Of a stretch of DNA of 54,399 nucleotides, positions 35,975 through 44,941 are shown one piece after another; position 1 is the first letter of the stretch; every line of letters begins with the position of its first letter. This DNA is from an uncultured Dehalococcoidia bacterium (lineage in GTDB: Bacteria; Chloroflexota; Dehalococcoidia; Lucifugimonadales; JAGWBF01), in NCBI GenBank assembly GCA_964457285.1, contig CAYWGG010000001.1, positions 1-54,399 on the forward strand, given 5' to 3'. The translations under genes were made by a program, and so were the position numbers. The notes beneath the pieces are model-generated. The model saw nothing but the letters and a program-made list of their open reading frames with translations. It searched no databases and was not told where the DNA came from.

Positions 35975-37549
35975 ATGTCAGCATGGTTCAAGAGGTTCAT
36001 TCAGAGAGTTCAAACTCCCAGGCCAGGAGGCCAGGAGCATCCCTCTGTCCTTCCCGATGATGGCCTTACGTCGGACCAGCCCAGGCCGAAGGAACCGACC
36101 TCAGCCAGAAAGTCTTTCGATACTGAGAAGGTCGTCGGCAACATCCTCGCTCTGAGTAGTGGCGAGGTCGTCGCAAGGGTGGTTGCCTTCGTCGCCATCT
36201 CCTATCTCGCCAGGGAGCTGGGGCCAGCCGGGTACGGCATCATCGCCTTCGCTCTAGCCCTCTCCGGATATTTGTCCCTGGCGGTCCATGCCGGTTTCGA
36301 CGAAATCGGAGCCCGCACAGTAGCCAGCCGGCCCTATGAGGCGTCGTCGATTGCCGCCAGCGTAATTCTGGTCAGGATGATGCTGGCCTTCGCCGCCTTT
36401 GCTACCATTGGGGTGGTGGCCTTGTTCCTCGACAAACCGACGACAATGAAGCTGGTGGTTGTCCTTAGCGGGCTCTCCTTCTTCTACTGGGCTTTCGATA
36501 CCTCCTGGGCGTACAAGGGGCTGGAACGGAACCGCTGGATTGGTTTAGCCCTGGTTTTAGGCCAAGTCCTCTTCCTGGGAATGGTACTGATCGTAGTCAG
36601 AGGCCCTGGAGACGTGGTGTTCGTACCACTGGCCCAGTTCCTTGGCGATATAAGTGCGGCCCTCTTCCTGGCTGTGTTCCTCTTCCGCCTTCGCAAGATC
36701 AAGCTGGGCCTTCGTGAGGGCTGGAAAGTGCTGCGAAGCTCAGGCTTCCTGACCCTCTCGCGAGTCCTGAGGACCCTTATTCTGACCTTCGATATAGTGC
36801 TCGTGGGGTTCATGTTGGGAGAGAGGGAGGTCGGCCTTTACGCTGCGCCGTATCGCTTCTGCATCCTTCTCGCAGCCATCGCCATCGCCACGCAGGTCTC
36901 CTACCTTCCGGTCTTCACCCGCACCCGTGCCCAGGGCAGTAAGCAAATGGCTGACCTTGCCAGACGCTCCGCAGAGCTTACCTGTGCCATCAGCGCCCCA
37001 ATGACCGTGGGAGGAATGATAGTAGCCGCACCCTTAATTTATACCCTTTTCGGACCGGGATATCTGGAGGGAGCGGCGGCCTTCCGGTTGGTAATCCTGA
37101 GCATCGGCTTTGCCTTCATCTCTGGCGTTACCCATAACGTCCTGCTGGTGTACGACCGCCTGAACGTGGAGGTATGGATTATAGCTGTCGCGGCGGCGCT
37201 CAATATTGGACTCAACGTGGTCGTCATTCCCCGATACGGTATAGTCGGGGCTGGATTTACTACTGCACTGGCGGAGGGGCTTATCCTGCTTCTAGGGTTA
37301 CTGGCAGTTTACAGGATGGGCATCCGGCTGGACCTTCGGCCAATGCTGCGACCTCTCCTGGCTGCCGGAGTGATGGGGGCGGTGCTCATCGCCATTGGGA
37401 CGGGACATGGGCTGGCCCTGTACCTGGGCGTGGGACTCATCATTTACGTCTTAGCTCTGTTCATCCTCCGAGGCATCCCCCAGGATGTCCAGCCCCATCT
37501 GGGGCGTCTGCCCTCAGTTGTCAGCGGTTTACGCGGGAGACTTCGGTGA
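35975..37549 (+). CDS. Wzx-like oligosaccharide flippase (MOP superfamily)
   Basis: 524 aa with about 12+ hydrophobic helices and the typical layout of a polysaccharide biosynthesis protein. The ATG abuts the upstream TAA. Confidence 0.7.
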   Translation: MSAWFKRFIQRVQTPRPGGQEHPSVLPDDGLTSDQPRPKEPTSARKSFDTEKVVGNILALSSGEVVARVVAFVAISYLARELGPAGYGIIAFALALSGYLSLAVHAGFDEIGARTVASRPYEASSIAASVILVRMMLAFAAFATIGVVALFLDKPTTMKLVVVLSGLSFFYWAFDTSWAYKGLERNRWIGLALVLGQVLFLGMVLIVVRGPGDVVFVPLAQFLGDISAALFLAVFLFRLRKIKLGLREGWKVLRSSGFLTLSRVLRTLILTFDIVLVGFMLGEREVGLYAAPYRFCILLAAIAIATQVSYLPVFTRTRAQGSKQMADLARRSAELTCAISAPMTVGGMIVAAPLIYTLFGPGYLEGAAAFRLVILSIGFAFISGVTHNVLLVYDRLNVEVWIIAVAAALNIGLNVVVIPRYGIVGAGFTTALAEGLILLLGLLAVYRMGIRLDLRPMLRPLLAAGVMGAVLIAIGTGHGLALYLGVGLIIYVLALFILRGIPQDVQPHLGRLPSVVSGLRGRLR

Positions 37550-37562
37550 GCGGTGCACGGTT

Positions 37563-38549
37563 TCAACGCCAACGTTCCAGGGCATCACCAGGCCCAAGCA
37601 AATACCCTGCGAGCTCGCCTGTTGACCAGCTTATGGAGAGCAGGATTACCCAAGGGAAGGCCTGCACCAGCCTCCACTGGTATCTCTTTCGCGTGACCAC
37701 CTGTCTTGTGATGCGGCCAATCTGGACGACAGGCAAAAACACAGCGAGCCCAACAAAGGGGAGGCGTCTCCCGATGGACCTCCCCGCAACGCGCATGGCG
37801 GCGAAGCCACGGCCATGATGAAAACGCGTTCTTAGCGCCTTAGAAAGTCCCCAGGTGTTTACGTTGTGAACGGTCAAAGATGAGTCCGCCTTCAGTAAAT
37901 GCCCTGCCTGCCGCAGCGCCTGATGGACAAATGCCTCGTAGAAGCCTTCGGGCGCTATTTCTTGATTGGGATTTTCAGCATCGCTGGCCTTTCGGCTGCG
38001 CTCAGGGCTGGTCAGCTCAGACAGCGGGGCCCGCTTGTAGGAGACGTTGGTCCCAGGAAGGACCCAGGCATCTCCTTCGGGTAGAGGCTGGGTGAAGGAG
38101 ATGTATTCGCAAAAATAAGCGGCCCAGTCCAGTCCTTTAGCGTAATCGCCGGGCTCAACGGCCCCACCTATGGCCGCATGGGGGCTCTGGTGCGCTTTAA
38201 GGAGCGCCGCACACCAGGTCTCGGTGGCGACACAATCATCTTCCAAAAAGGCGATGACTTCGCCACGGCTGCGCTCAACACCCAGGCTGCGCATCTGCGG
38301 CACATTGTACTCCCGTGGTGCGCAGACCCACCAGGCACTCGGGAATGTATGTCGCAACTCCTCGTCTGTGGTTTCGTCAAGGCCCCGGTGCCTGACCACC
38401 AGGACTTCTACCCCTTCCTGAAGCGTCTGGCGCTCCAGCGACATGAGGCAACGCTTGAGGAGGGCAGGGCTATTAAAAGAGATCACAATCACGGAAAGCT
38501 CTGGAATAGCATCCAGCGGCTCACTCCCCTTTGTCCCGTAGATTTGCAA
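37563..38549 (-). CDS. Glycosyltransferase family 2 (paralogue group, member 4)
   Basis: 328 aa. LSVIVISFNS...; AIGGAVEPG...WAAYFCEY...GTNVSYKR...GFYE. Confidence 0.8.
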   Translation of the reverse strand: MQIYGTKGSEPLDAIPELSVIVISFNSPALLKRCLMSLERQTLQEGVEVLVVRHRGLDETTDEELRHTFPSAWWVCAPREYNVPQMRSLGVERSRGEVIAFLEDDCVATETWCAALLKAHQSPHAAIGGAVEPGDYAKGLDWAAYFCEYISFTQPLPEGDAWVLPGTNVSYKRAPLSELTSPERSRKASDAENPNQEIAPEGFYEAFVHQALRQAGHLLKADSSLTVHNVNTWGLSKALRTRFHHGRGFAAMRVAGRSIGRRLPFVGLAVFLPVVQIGRITRQVVTRKRYQWRLVQAFPWVILLSISWSTGELAGYLLGPGDALERWR

Positions 38550-38581
38550 AACCGCGCTCTATGTTCCAGTCCGGCCATAGA

Positions 38582-39391
38582 TTACCCGGAAACCTGTAGC
38601 AAGTGGGTGAAATCTGGCTCAAGCTGAAGGCCGTCTGCGATCTTGGTGTAGCAACTGAAGAGCTGCACTACCTGCACCACTTCCATTAGCCCCTTCTCGG
38701 TGAGCCCCAACCGCCGGGCCTCCCTCAGATGGAGGTCAACGCCGTAATCGGACTTGGCTGCCATTGATGCTGCCAGTGCCACTGCTTCCTTGGTTAACCG
38801 GTCCAGATGGCTGTCCTGGAACACGAAGCGAACTGCTTTCCAGTAGTCTGTCAAATAGCCATCATCATGGGCGAGGGCCCTGAAGATAGAGGGGACCTGC
38901 TCGGTAACATAGAAGGCCATTATATCGGTGTAGATTTCCTTTACACGGTCAGAGGCCTCTTCAAACTCCAGCAGCTTCACAAGGGGCCTGCGAACACCGG
39001 AGTCCGAGAAGTCCAGTGGAAGGCGCAGTCCGTCAGCCACGGCGTTGATGCCGTTGGTCACCCCATAGACATAAGCGGCTTCATACCAGTAAGCGTCGTC
39101 GGCATAACCTTGCAGCTTCCCGGCTGCTGTATGAGCCACAATTCAGTAGTCGCAGGCGTTAATAGCGCTCACCGCCACAGCGATCATCTCTTTTTGCCTG
39201 CGCTTGAGTGCGCCGTCAACCAGGGTGCGGCGGCTGCACCGCCCATGAGTACGGGACATTTCTGGCTGGTAGCAAAGGACCTTGCTCATCTTGGGTATAT
39301 AGTCTATGCCAAACCAGGCTTTGGTCCCATCAAAGTATGGCTTAAGCTCATCCGGAAACTCGTGCTCATCTAAAAGCCGGACCGTCTCCAT
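38582..39391 (-). CDS. Carboxymuconolactone decarboxylase/AhpD-family protein with an in-frame TGA at 39145-39143 (candidate selenocysteine); two CMD-like halves
   Basis: ORFs 39391-39146 and 39139-38582 share one frame and are separated only by TGA-ATT. The junction reads SAINACDY-TGA-IVAHTAAG, which is C-x-x-(TGA)-x-x-x-H. Confidence 0.65.
39101..39137 (-). promoter_or_regulatory. Candidate bacterial SECIS hairpin
   Basis: Begins 6 nt after the TGA. Upper stem GCAGC/GCUGC with apical loop CGGGAA. The lower stem is imperfect (GGC..AUAC / GU(U)AU.GCC). The apical loop lies about 21-26 nt past the UGA. Confidence 0.4.
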
Positions 39392-39656
39392 ATCTCCTCC
39401 TTAATCTCGCCCACTGGTACCTCAACATCTCTTTATCAGGTAAGGGTTTATCCTCATTATATCTGGATGGCAACCACGATTCCAGAGTATCACAGGCCTA
39501 TTGACAGGGTTGCCTCCCGATGATAGCGTGAGCTGTGCTTCAGGTGTCGCACCCTGTCCGGTGAGGAGGCTGAGCCTCGCTGGAGGTGTGTGTGACTTCG
39601 GTCTATCATGTTGAAAGGGGCTTTAGACCCTGGAGAAAGGAAGGAGGAGCGAAGCG

Positions 39657-41330
39657 ATGCCAAGAATGACAGGGAAAAAGGCTTTGGTGGAGATGTTGAT
39701 AGCAGAGGGTGTAGAGCACGTCTTCGGCAATCCAGGCACCAGCGAGACTCCCTTTATGGATGCTCTCCAGGACTATCCACAGGTAAAGTACATGCTAGCC
39801 CTGCAAGAGGCGACGGCAGTGGGCATGGCAGACGGTTATGCTCGGGCCACTGGTAAGCCAGCGTTCGCCAACATTCATATAGCTGGTGGCCTGGCCAATG
39901 GCATCAGTATGTTGTACGACGCCTACAGAGGCGGGACACCTCTGATACTCTCCGCAGGGAACTCGGACACCAGGATGCTCCTCACAGACCCTGTCCTTTC
40001 CGGCGACCTGGTGGAGATGACCCGCCAGTACACCAAGTGGAGCGCCCAGATAACCCACGCCTCGGAGATACCTATGGCCGTGCGCCGGGCCTTCAAGGAG
40101 GCCAGGACGCCTCCAACCGGCCCCGTCTTCCTCGGTTTCCCCTGGGACTCCCTGGACAATGAGGCCGAAGTTGACATAATCCCATCTTCCCCAGGCTACC
40201 ATCGCATCCGCCCCGACGCCAATGCTCTGATCAGGGCGGCAGAGCTCCTTGGCAGAGCCGAGAGTCCTATCATGGTGGTGGGTGATAGGGTGGCCCAGTC
40301 GGGGGCCGTTGCCGAAGTGGTAGAGGTGGCTGAGCTTCTGGGGGCCAGAGTGTTCGCCGCCGCGTTCACCGAGGTGAACTTCCCCACAAGCCATCCACAG
40401 TTCATGGGCCTGCTCAACCTGAGCAACCCTGCGACCAGGGAGCGCCTCTCTGGAGCCGACGTGCTCCTCGCGGTGGGCGCTGATGTATTCTCCTCTTTCC
40501 TCTACGTCCCCGAGCCTTTTTTGAGCAGCAATACCCGGCTGATTCACCTGGACAGCAGCTCACAGGCAGTGGAGAAGGTCTATCCCACCGAGATCGGCAT
40601 GATCGCCGACCCTAAGGCCGGGCTCAGGGACCTGGCCGACACTCTCCAGCAGGAGATGTCTGGTTCGGCCAGGGAGGCGGCCAGGACCAGAGCCGCTTCC
40701 CTGGGCGATGAAAAAAGGCGGGCCAGAGAAGCCTTCCAGAGACGAGTAAAGGAGAGATGGGATAGGCAGCCCATGTCCGTGGAGCGCATGATGACAGAGC
40801 TAGCACGGGCGTTACCCTCCAACGCTATCATCGCCGACGAGTCGGTGACCTCCCGGGCCGCGCTCACAGGGGCTATGGACTTTGATGAGCCGGGGAGCTT
40901 CTATGGGATTCGGGGTGGCGCTTTGGGATGGGCAATGCCGGGTTGTCTGGGAATCCAGCTAGCTAAACCTGGCCGTCCGGTGGTAGCAGTCGTTGGGGAC
41001 GGGGCCTCTCTGTACACCATCCAGGCCCTCTGGACAGCGGCCCGCTATAATATCCCCGTTACCTGGGTCATCTGCAACAACCGGACGTACAGAATCCTCA
41101 AGGTGAATATGGACATCTACCTGAGGAATATGCTGAAGGATGCCCAGCGAGAGAGCCGGTACGTTGGGATGGACTTCCCCCTCCCCCTGAACCTGGCCCG
41201 CATAGCCGAAGGCTTCGGCGTACATGGCAGAAGGGTAGAGACGCCATCGGAGCTGCGCCCCACCTTAGAGGAAGCCTTCAGCCTGGACAGGCCAGCCCTG
41301 GTAGACGTGGTTATAGACGGCTCACTATAA
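39657..41330 (+). CDS. Thiamine-diphosphate-dependent enzyme (acetolactate synthase / benzoylformate decarboxylase family)
   Basis: 557 aa. N-terminal GVEHVFGNPG. TPP-binding motif VGDGASLY...NN in the C-terminal domain. Strong AGGAGG RBS. Confidence 0.8.
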   Translation: MPRMTGKKALVEMLIAEGVEHVFGNPGTSETPFMDALQDYPQVKYMLALQEATAVGMADGYARATGKPAFANIHIAGGLANGISMLYDAYRGGTPLILSAGNSDTRMLLTDPVLSGDLVEMTRQYTKWSAQITHASEIPMAVRRAFKEARTPPTGPVFLGFPWDSLDNEAEVDIIPSSPGYHRIRPDANALIRAAELLGRAESPIMVVGDRVAQSGAVAEVVEVAELLGARVFAAAFTEVNFPTSHPQFMGLLNLSNPATRERLSGADVLLAVGADVFSSFLYVPEPFLSSNTRLIHLDSSSQAVEKVYPTEIGMIADPKAGLRDLADTLQQEMSGSAREAARTRAASLGDEKRRAREAFQRRVKERWDRQPMSVERMMTELARALPSNAIIADESVTSRAALTGAMDFDEPGSFYGIRGGALGWAMPGCLGIQLAKPGRPVVAVVGDGASLYTIQALWTAARYNIPVTWVICNNRTYRILKVNMDIYLRNMLKDAQRESRYVGMDFPLPLNLARIAEGFGVHGRRVETPSELRPTLEEAFSLDRPALVDVVIDGSL

Positions 41331-41344
41331 GATTTCATCTGGCG

Positions 41345-42265
41345 CTAGCGGGCAACTGTGGTCCTTCGAGCCCAGGGGACCTTCACCCCAGGCGTCTTCA
41401 CCCGGACGGTTTGGATGGAAGTGCTGGAGGTGAGGAAGAGGGTCCGGTAGTCGGAGCCACCGAAGGCACAGTTGGCCGTTACCTCGGGCGTGCGCAGGGT
41501 CCCCAGATGGCGCCCGTCTTTGTCGAATATCCATATGCCGCCCGAGCCGGTACAGAAGACTCGTCCTGCCGTATCCACTTTCATGCCATCTGGAACGCCC
41601 GGCTCCGCCGAGGACATATCCGCAAAGATGCGGTTGTTTCTCAGCGAGCCATCGGGCGCTACGTCAAAAGCCCGTATCTTCTGGTGGGCGCAGACCTCGC
41701 CGCGCTCCTTTTCTCCCAGGCACCGCTCGTCCAGGCGGGTGATGGCAACGTAGAGCACAGACTCGTCGGGAGAGAAAGCCAGCCCGTTGGGGTACTCGCA
41801 CTCGTCGGTAGCCAGATGAAGCCGCCCGTTGGGGTCTATGCGCCAGACGCCCGAATAGCCCAGCTCCCTCTCCTCGCGAGGTAGTCGCCCCTGAGGGTCG
41901 GTGAAGTAGATGTTCCCGTTGGAGTGGCAGACCACGTCATTGGGCCTGTTGAGTCGCTTGCCTCGCCACCTGTCGGCCAGGACGGTTATGGCCCCGTCAG
42001 ACTCTGTGCGAGCCACACGGCGATTGCCCCCCTCACACATGACCAGACGCCCTTGAAGGTCGAAGGTCAGCCCGTTTCCCTCTCCGGTGTTCTCGCGGAC
42101 CACGTGCGCTTGCTGGCCGGGGGCCCACTGGAGGAGATGGCTCCTCCGGATGTCCACGAAGTACAAGAAGCCGTTGGGATGCCACACGGGACCTTCTGTG
42201 AAGATGAAGCCGGAGGCCAGCCGCTCAGGCTGCCCATCCAGAATGGAAGAAAGTTCATCACTCAT
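41345..42265 (-). CDS. SMP-30/gluconolactonase/LRE family protein
   Basis: 306 aa. FTEGPVWHP...; RPNDVV...; PDGMKVD; six-bladed propeller-like periodicity. Confidence 0.75.
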   Translation of the reverse strand: MSDELSSILDGQPERLASGFIFTEGPVWHPNGFLYFVDIRRSHLLQWAPGQQAHVVRENTGEGNGLTFDLQGRLVMCEGGNRRVARTESDGAITVLADRWRGKRLNRPNDVVCHSNGNIYFTDPQGRLPREERELGYSGVWRIDPNGRLHLATDECEYPNGLAFSPDESVLYVAITRLDERCLGEKERGEVCAHQKIRAFDVAPDGSLRNNRIFADMSSAEPGVPDGMKVDTAGRVFCTGSGGIWIFDKDGRHLGTLRTPEVTANCAFGGSDYRTLFLTSSTSIQTVRVKTPGVKVPWARRTTVAR

Positions 42266-42352
42266 AACAGCGTCCTCCTACATTTCCTGTAACTACCGTG
42301 AAGTGTACTATAGAGCTACCGGAAAATCCATATTGCTGCATCTTTACGCAGA

Positions 42353-43780
42353 CTACTCCGCCGGGATCAGGCGGTAAATCGTGCCCTCGAAATAGGAGAG
42401 GATATATAGGTTGCGAGCCAGGTCTTGCCCGAAGGACGAAATGAAGAGGTCAGAGTCAACCAGTAGCAACTGCTCGGTGACTGACTGGCCGTCGTAGCGG
42501 AGGCCCCATATCCTTCCGGAGCAGAAGTCCCCGTGTACATAGGCTTCCAGCAGGGACGGCATCCCACGCCCGTAGAAGACATACCCGCCGATGATCGCAC
42601 AATTCTCAAGAGAGAGGCTGTACTCCCACAAAGGCAGCTCCAGGCTGGTCTGGCCGCAGCCAGTGGGCGGCGAGAAACACAGGCTTCCCTCCATGATGTC
42701 CCAGCCGTAGTTCGCCCCTCTCTTCACTACGTCTACCTCATCAAACCTGCTCTGCCCCACGTCCGCTAGCCACAGCGTGCCCCTTCGCTCGTCGAAGGAG
42801 AAGCGCCACGGGTTGCGCAGCCCATACGCCCAAATCTCCTCTCGGGCGCCAGCGACGCCTATGAAGGGGTTATCTGGCGGTATGCGGTAGTTTTTGTCGG
42901 CGGACACGCCCCTCACATCTATGCGCAACACCTTGCCCAGGAACGTGCCCAGGCTTTGCCCATTGCCAAAAGGGTCGCCACCGCTGCCGCCGTCGCCTAA
43001 GCCGATGTACAGGTAGCCGTCGGGCCCAAAGGCGAGCTGACCTCCCTTGTGGTTGGGGAAAGGCTGCGCTATCTCCATGATGATGAGATCGCTGCTCGGC
43101 GCCGCCACGTTGGGATCATCTCCGCTGACGGAGAAGCGGGATACTACGGTACACCGAGGGGTAGAGCATCGAGGGCTGGCAGCGGAGTAATAGGCGTAGA
43201 AGTGGCCGTTGTTCCTGAAATCTGGGTCGAAGGCCAGGCCCAGCAACCCTTCCTCTGAGCTGGCCTCGCTAACACGGTCAGTGATGTCCAGAAAAGTGCC
43301 AGCTTGTGCAGCACGTTGGTCGTTGGGAAAAACTCGGATGCGCCCCGGCTGCTCGGTGACGAAGATGCGGCCAAAGCCGTCGTCCGGCTGGACCAGGCTG
43401 GTCAAACGCACGAAGCTCAGCTTGGGAAAGGCGGCCGTGACCCGCATAGCCTTCATCGGCCGCGGCGCGAGTCGTCCCAGGTTGCGAGCGACCAGGGCGA
43501 GGTCTAGAACGTCCACCACAGCATCGCTGTTGACATTTGCGCGCACCATCTTGAAAGGCGGCGGCCCGAAGTCAGCGACCACAATGCCAAGGTCAAGCCT
43601 GTCAACGTAACCGTCCTCGTTCACGTCCACGACGGTGAGGTTGGCAGCGTTGGCTGGCGTCCGGGCAGCCACGGAAGGGGTATCGGAAGCCCACAGCAGG
43701 AGAATACCCAGCAACATGGCCGTTGCCAGCAGCAATAAAGCCACAGTAAGTTGAAGCTGTCCCAAAAGTCTCCTGGTCAC
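42353..43780 (-). CDS. PQQ-dependent sugar dehydrogenase (soluble GDH/sorbosone DH family) with an N-terminal anchor and a dockerin-like repeat pair
   Basis: 475 aa. Hydrophobic N-terminus. DVNEDGYVDRLDLGIV and NVNSDAVVDVLDLALV (EF-hand-like dockerin repeats). HKGGQLAFGPDGYLYIGLGDGG. Confidence 0.7.
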   Translation of the reverse strand: MTRRLLGQLQLTVALLLLATAMLLGILLLWASDTPSVAARTPANAANLTVVDVNEDGYVDRLDLGIVVADFGPPPFKMVRANVNSDAVVDVLDLALVARNLGRLAPRPMKAMRVTAAFPKLSFVRLTSLVQPDDGFGRIFVTEQPGRIRVFPNDQRAAQAGTFLDITDRVSEASSEEGLLGLAFDPDFRNNGHFYAYYSAASPRCSTPRCTVVSRFSVSGDDPNVAAPSSDLIIMEIAQPFPNHKGGQLAFGPDGYLYIGLGDGGSGGDPFGNGQSLGTFLGKVLRIDVRGVSADKNYRIPPDNPFIGVAGAREEIWAYGLRNPWRFSFDERRGTLWLADVGQSRFDEVDVVKRGANYGWDIMEGSLCFSPPTGCGQTSLELPLWEYSLSLENCAIIGGYVFYGRGMPSLLEAYVHGDFCSGRIWGLRYDGQSVTEQLLLVDSDLFISSFGQDLARNLYILSYFEGTIYRLIPAE

Positions 43781-43945
43781 CGCAGCCTAAGGAACTTTTA
43801 CAAACAGTAGTTACACAGTCATTCTAAGCGAAGTGGCACGTGAGCGATAGGCTCACCACCTCGGTTGTCTGTGCTCTCAACGGCTTTATCTATTGGGCTA
43901 TTTGGAGTAGGATATATCGAGTAATTTCCCTCAAAAGGAGTCCCG

Positions 43946-44941
43946 GTGAAAGCCTTGATCACCGGCGGGGCCGGCTTTATAGGCTCCCATTTATCAGAAG
44001 AATTGTTGAGTAGGGGCCAGGAGGTAATCGCCTTCGACGACCTCTCCACGGGGATCCTGTCCAATGTAGCTCACCTCCAGGACGCTCCAGGATTCAGCTT
44101 CTACCGTGGGAGCATCCTGGAGCCCTCAGACCTTTCGGGGCTGATAGAGCAGGCGGACCTCGTTTACCATCTGGCAGCAGCGGTGGGAGTGCGGTACGTC
44201 CTGGAACATCCAGTGGCCGCTCTGGAGACCAACGCTCGAGGTACGGAGAATGTCCTTCGGCTGGCTAAGGAGCACGGCGGAAAAAAGGTGATCCTGGCCT
44301 CCAGCTCAGAAGTCTATGGGAAGACATCGAAAATCCCCTTTCGAGAGGACGACGACACCGTCCTCGGCCCCACCTCCGTGAGTCGCTGGGGATACTCATG
44401 CTCCAAGGCCCTCGATGAATTCCTGGCGTTGGCCTATCATCGGGAGAAAGGACTGCCCGCAGTGGTCTTACGATTCTTCAACATCGTGGGGCCCAGGCAA
44501 AGTGGCCGCTATGGTATGGTGATGCCCCGCTTCGTCTCTCAGGCGCTGGCGGGCGACCATATCACCGTCTATGGAGATGGCGAGCAGATGCGCAGCTTTA
44601 CCTACGTCAAGGACGTGGTTAAGGCTATGGCCGATATAGCTCTGGTGCCCTCGGCCGAGGGCCAGGTATTCAACATAGGAAGCGACAGAGAAATCACCAT
44701 CAATGACCTGGCGCAGCTTGTCCGCCGAGTCCTCAAAAGCGGTTCAGAAATCATCCATATCCCCTTTTCGGAGGTCTATGGAAGCGATTTCGAGGAGGCG
44801 TCACGACGATTGGCTGACATATCCAAGATAAAGAAGTACATCAGCTATCACCCAAACACAGACCTGGCCTTTATAGTGAGCGGGGTCGCCAGCAGTCTAA
44901 GGGCTACAGGAGGGGCGTATGAGCAGCCAGCACTTGAGTGA
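43946..44941 (+). CDS. NAD-dependent nucleotide-sugar epimerase/dehydratase
   Basis: 331 aa with a GTG start preceded by AAGGAG. ALITGGAGFIGSH and Y-x3-K in YSCSKAL. Confidence 0.8.
   Translation: MKALITGGAGFIGSHLSEELLSRGQEVIAFDDLSTGILSNVAHLQDAPGFSFYRGSILEPSDLSGLIEQADLVYHLAAAVGVRYVLEHPVAALETNARGTENVLRLAKEHGGKKVILASSSEVYGKTSKIPFREDDDTVLGPTSVSRWGYSCSKALDEFLALAYHREKGLPAVVLRFFNIVGPRQSGRYGMVMPRFVSQALAGDHITVYGDGEQMRSFTYVKDVVKAMADIALVPSAEGQVFNIGSDREITINDLAQLVRRVLKSGSEIIHIPFSEVYGSDFEEASRRLADISKIKKYISYHPNTDLAFIVSGVASSLRATGGAYEQPALE

Noticed and set aside
38582-39391. Interpretation of the split CMD gene as a pseudogene or sequencing error
   Set aside because: This is possible, but there is only a single stop with no frameshift. 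It falls exactly on the second Cys of CxxCxxxH, both halves keep open frames with family-like sequence, and a hairpin follows at SECIS distance. I kept it as a selenoprotein candidate with moderate confidence.
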